DNA of 64,000 bases, taken from assembly GCF_028641065.1 (NCBI RefSeq), contig NC_073404.1, forward strand, positions 5,084,001 to 5,148,000. Reading direction: 5' to 3'. The notes under the pieces are model-generated. The model was not told the origin of the DNA and did not search any database. It worked only from the letters and a program-made list of their open reading frames with translations. Source of the stretch: Leucoraja erinacea. Taxonomy: Eukaryota. Shown piece after piece: positions 63,335-64,000 of the stretch. Made by a program: the position numbers and the translations under genes. Each line of letters opens with the position of its first letter. Within the stretch, counting starts at the first letter, position 1.

Positions 63335-63480
63335 GAGTGAGACAAGGGAGGATATCTATTCAAACTTTAAAAGAACCCTGGTCTTTTTAACAAAATTTTT
63401 TAAAAAACTGATCCTTTTGAGCAACTTCAATGCCAGGGTCTGGAAGAAAACAAACCTCTGGAATGACATGGTTTATTGGC
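63335..63480 (+). mobile_element. RTE-type LINE endonuclease remnant
   Basis: KLILLSNFNARV resembles the (D)KLILLGDFNARVG motif of RTE APE domains. Confidence 0.5.
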
Positions 63481-63779
63481 AAGGATTAGAGAAAGCTAAA
63501 ATAGACACAAAAGCTCAGTAACACAGCAGGTTAGACAGCATGTCTTAAGAAAAGGAATAGGTGATGTTTTTGGTTGAGACCCTTCTGAAGAACCCTCCAG
63601 AGATGCTGTCTGACCCGCTGAGTTACTCCAGATTTTTGTGTCTATCTTTGATGTAAACCAGCATCTGCAGTTCCTTCCTACACATTAGGGAATGTTAATT
63701 CCAGTTGAATCTCCCTCTGGATGAAATGCTTGGAATGCAACCTTGTCATAACCAACACTATATTGGGCAAATAGTAGAA

Positions 63780-64000
63780 CTTTGGCGCAGCGGTACAGTT
63801 GCTACATTGCAGCGCCAGAGACCCGGGTTCGATCCTGTCTATGGTGCTGTCTGTATGGAATTTGAACATTCTCCCTGTGACCGTGTAGGTTTTCTCTGGG
63901 TGTTTCCTGATCCTACCAATCTCCAAAGACGTACAGGTTTGTAGGTTAATTGGATTCTGTGAATTTTAAATTTCCCGTGTGTTTAAAATCGTGCTTGTAT
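63780..64000 (+). mobile_element. HE1-like V-SINE
   Basis: Has the A box tggcgcagcgg, the B box gggttcgatcc and a V-domain. Confidence 0.8.

Noticed and set aside
63780-63840. tRNA genes at SINE heads (also 970, 4655, 16558)
   Set aside because: The A/B boxes run into V-SINE bodies and there is no complete cloverleaf.

Overview
This is eukaryotic DNA, most likely from a cartilaginous fish such as a skate or ray, inferred from the HE1-type SINE, CR1 and Penelope repeat content. The window holds the 5' end of PAFAH1B1 (LIS1) on the minus strand. That comprises a CpG-island promoter (~58.2-59.2 kb), a probable non-coding exon 1 (donor at 58427), a ~25 kb intron 1, and exon 2 (33122-32891, encoding MVLSQRQRDE-L). 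More than 32 kb of intron 2 follows, and I could not find exon 3 in the window. Most of the rest is interspersed repeat: CR1, L2, Rex1/Babar, RTE and HERO-like LINE fragments, tRNA-derived V-SINEs, two decayed Tc1 transposons (one Passport-like), MITE and hAT-like elements, and many Penelope-derived pieces carrying minimal hammerhead ribozyme motifs. There is a 224-N assembly gap at 42322-42545. Four observations stand out. (1) Two apparently independent hammerhead-bearing Penelope insertions sit at the same nucleotide of two different CR1 copies. (2) The LIS1 leader carries a chain of back-to-back uORFs. (3) The promoter is built from tandem ~60-bp units, each with an NRF1 motif. (4) An orphan GC-rich exon-like fragment lies in intron 2. 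Repeat boundaries are approximate, and family names come from motif recognition, not database searches.
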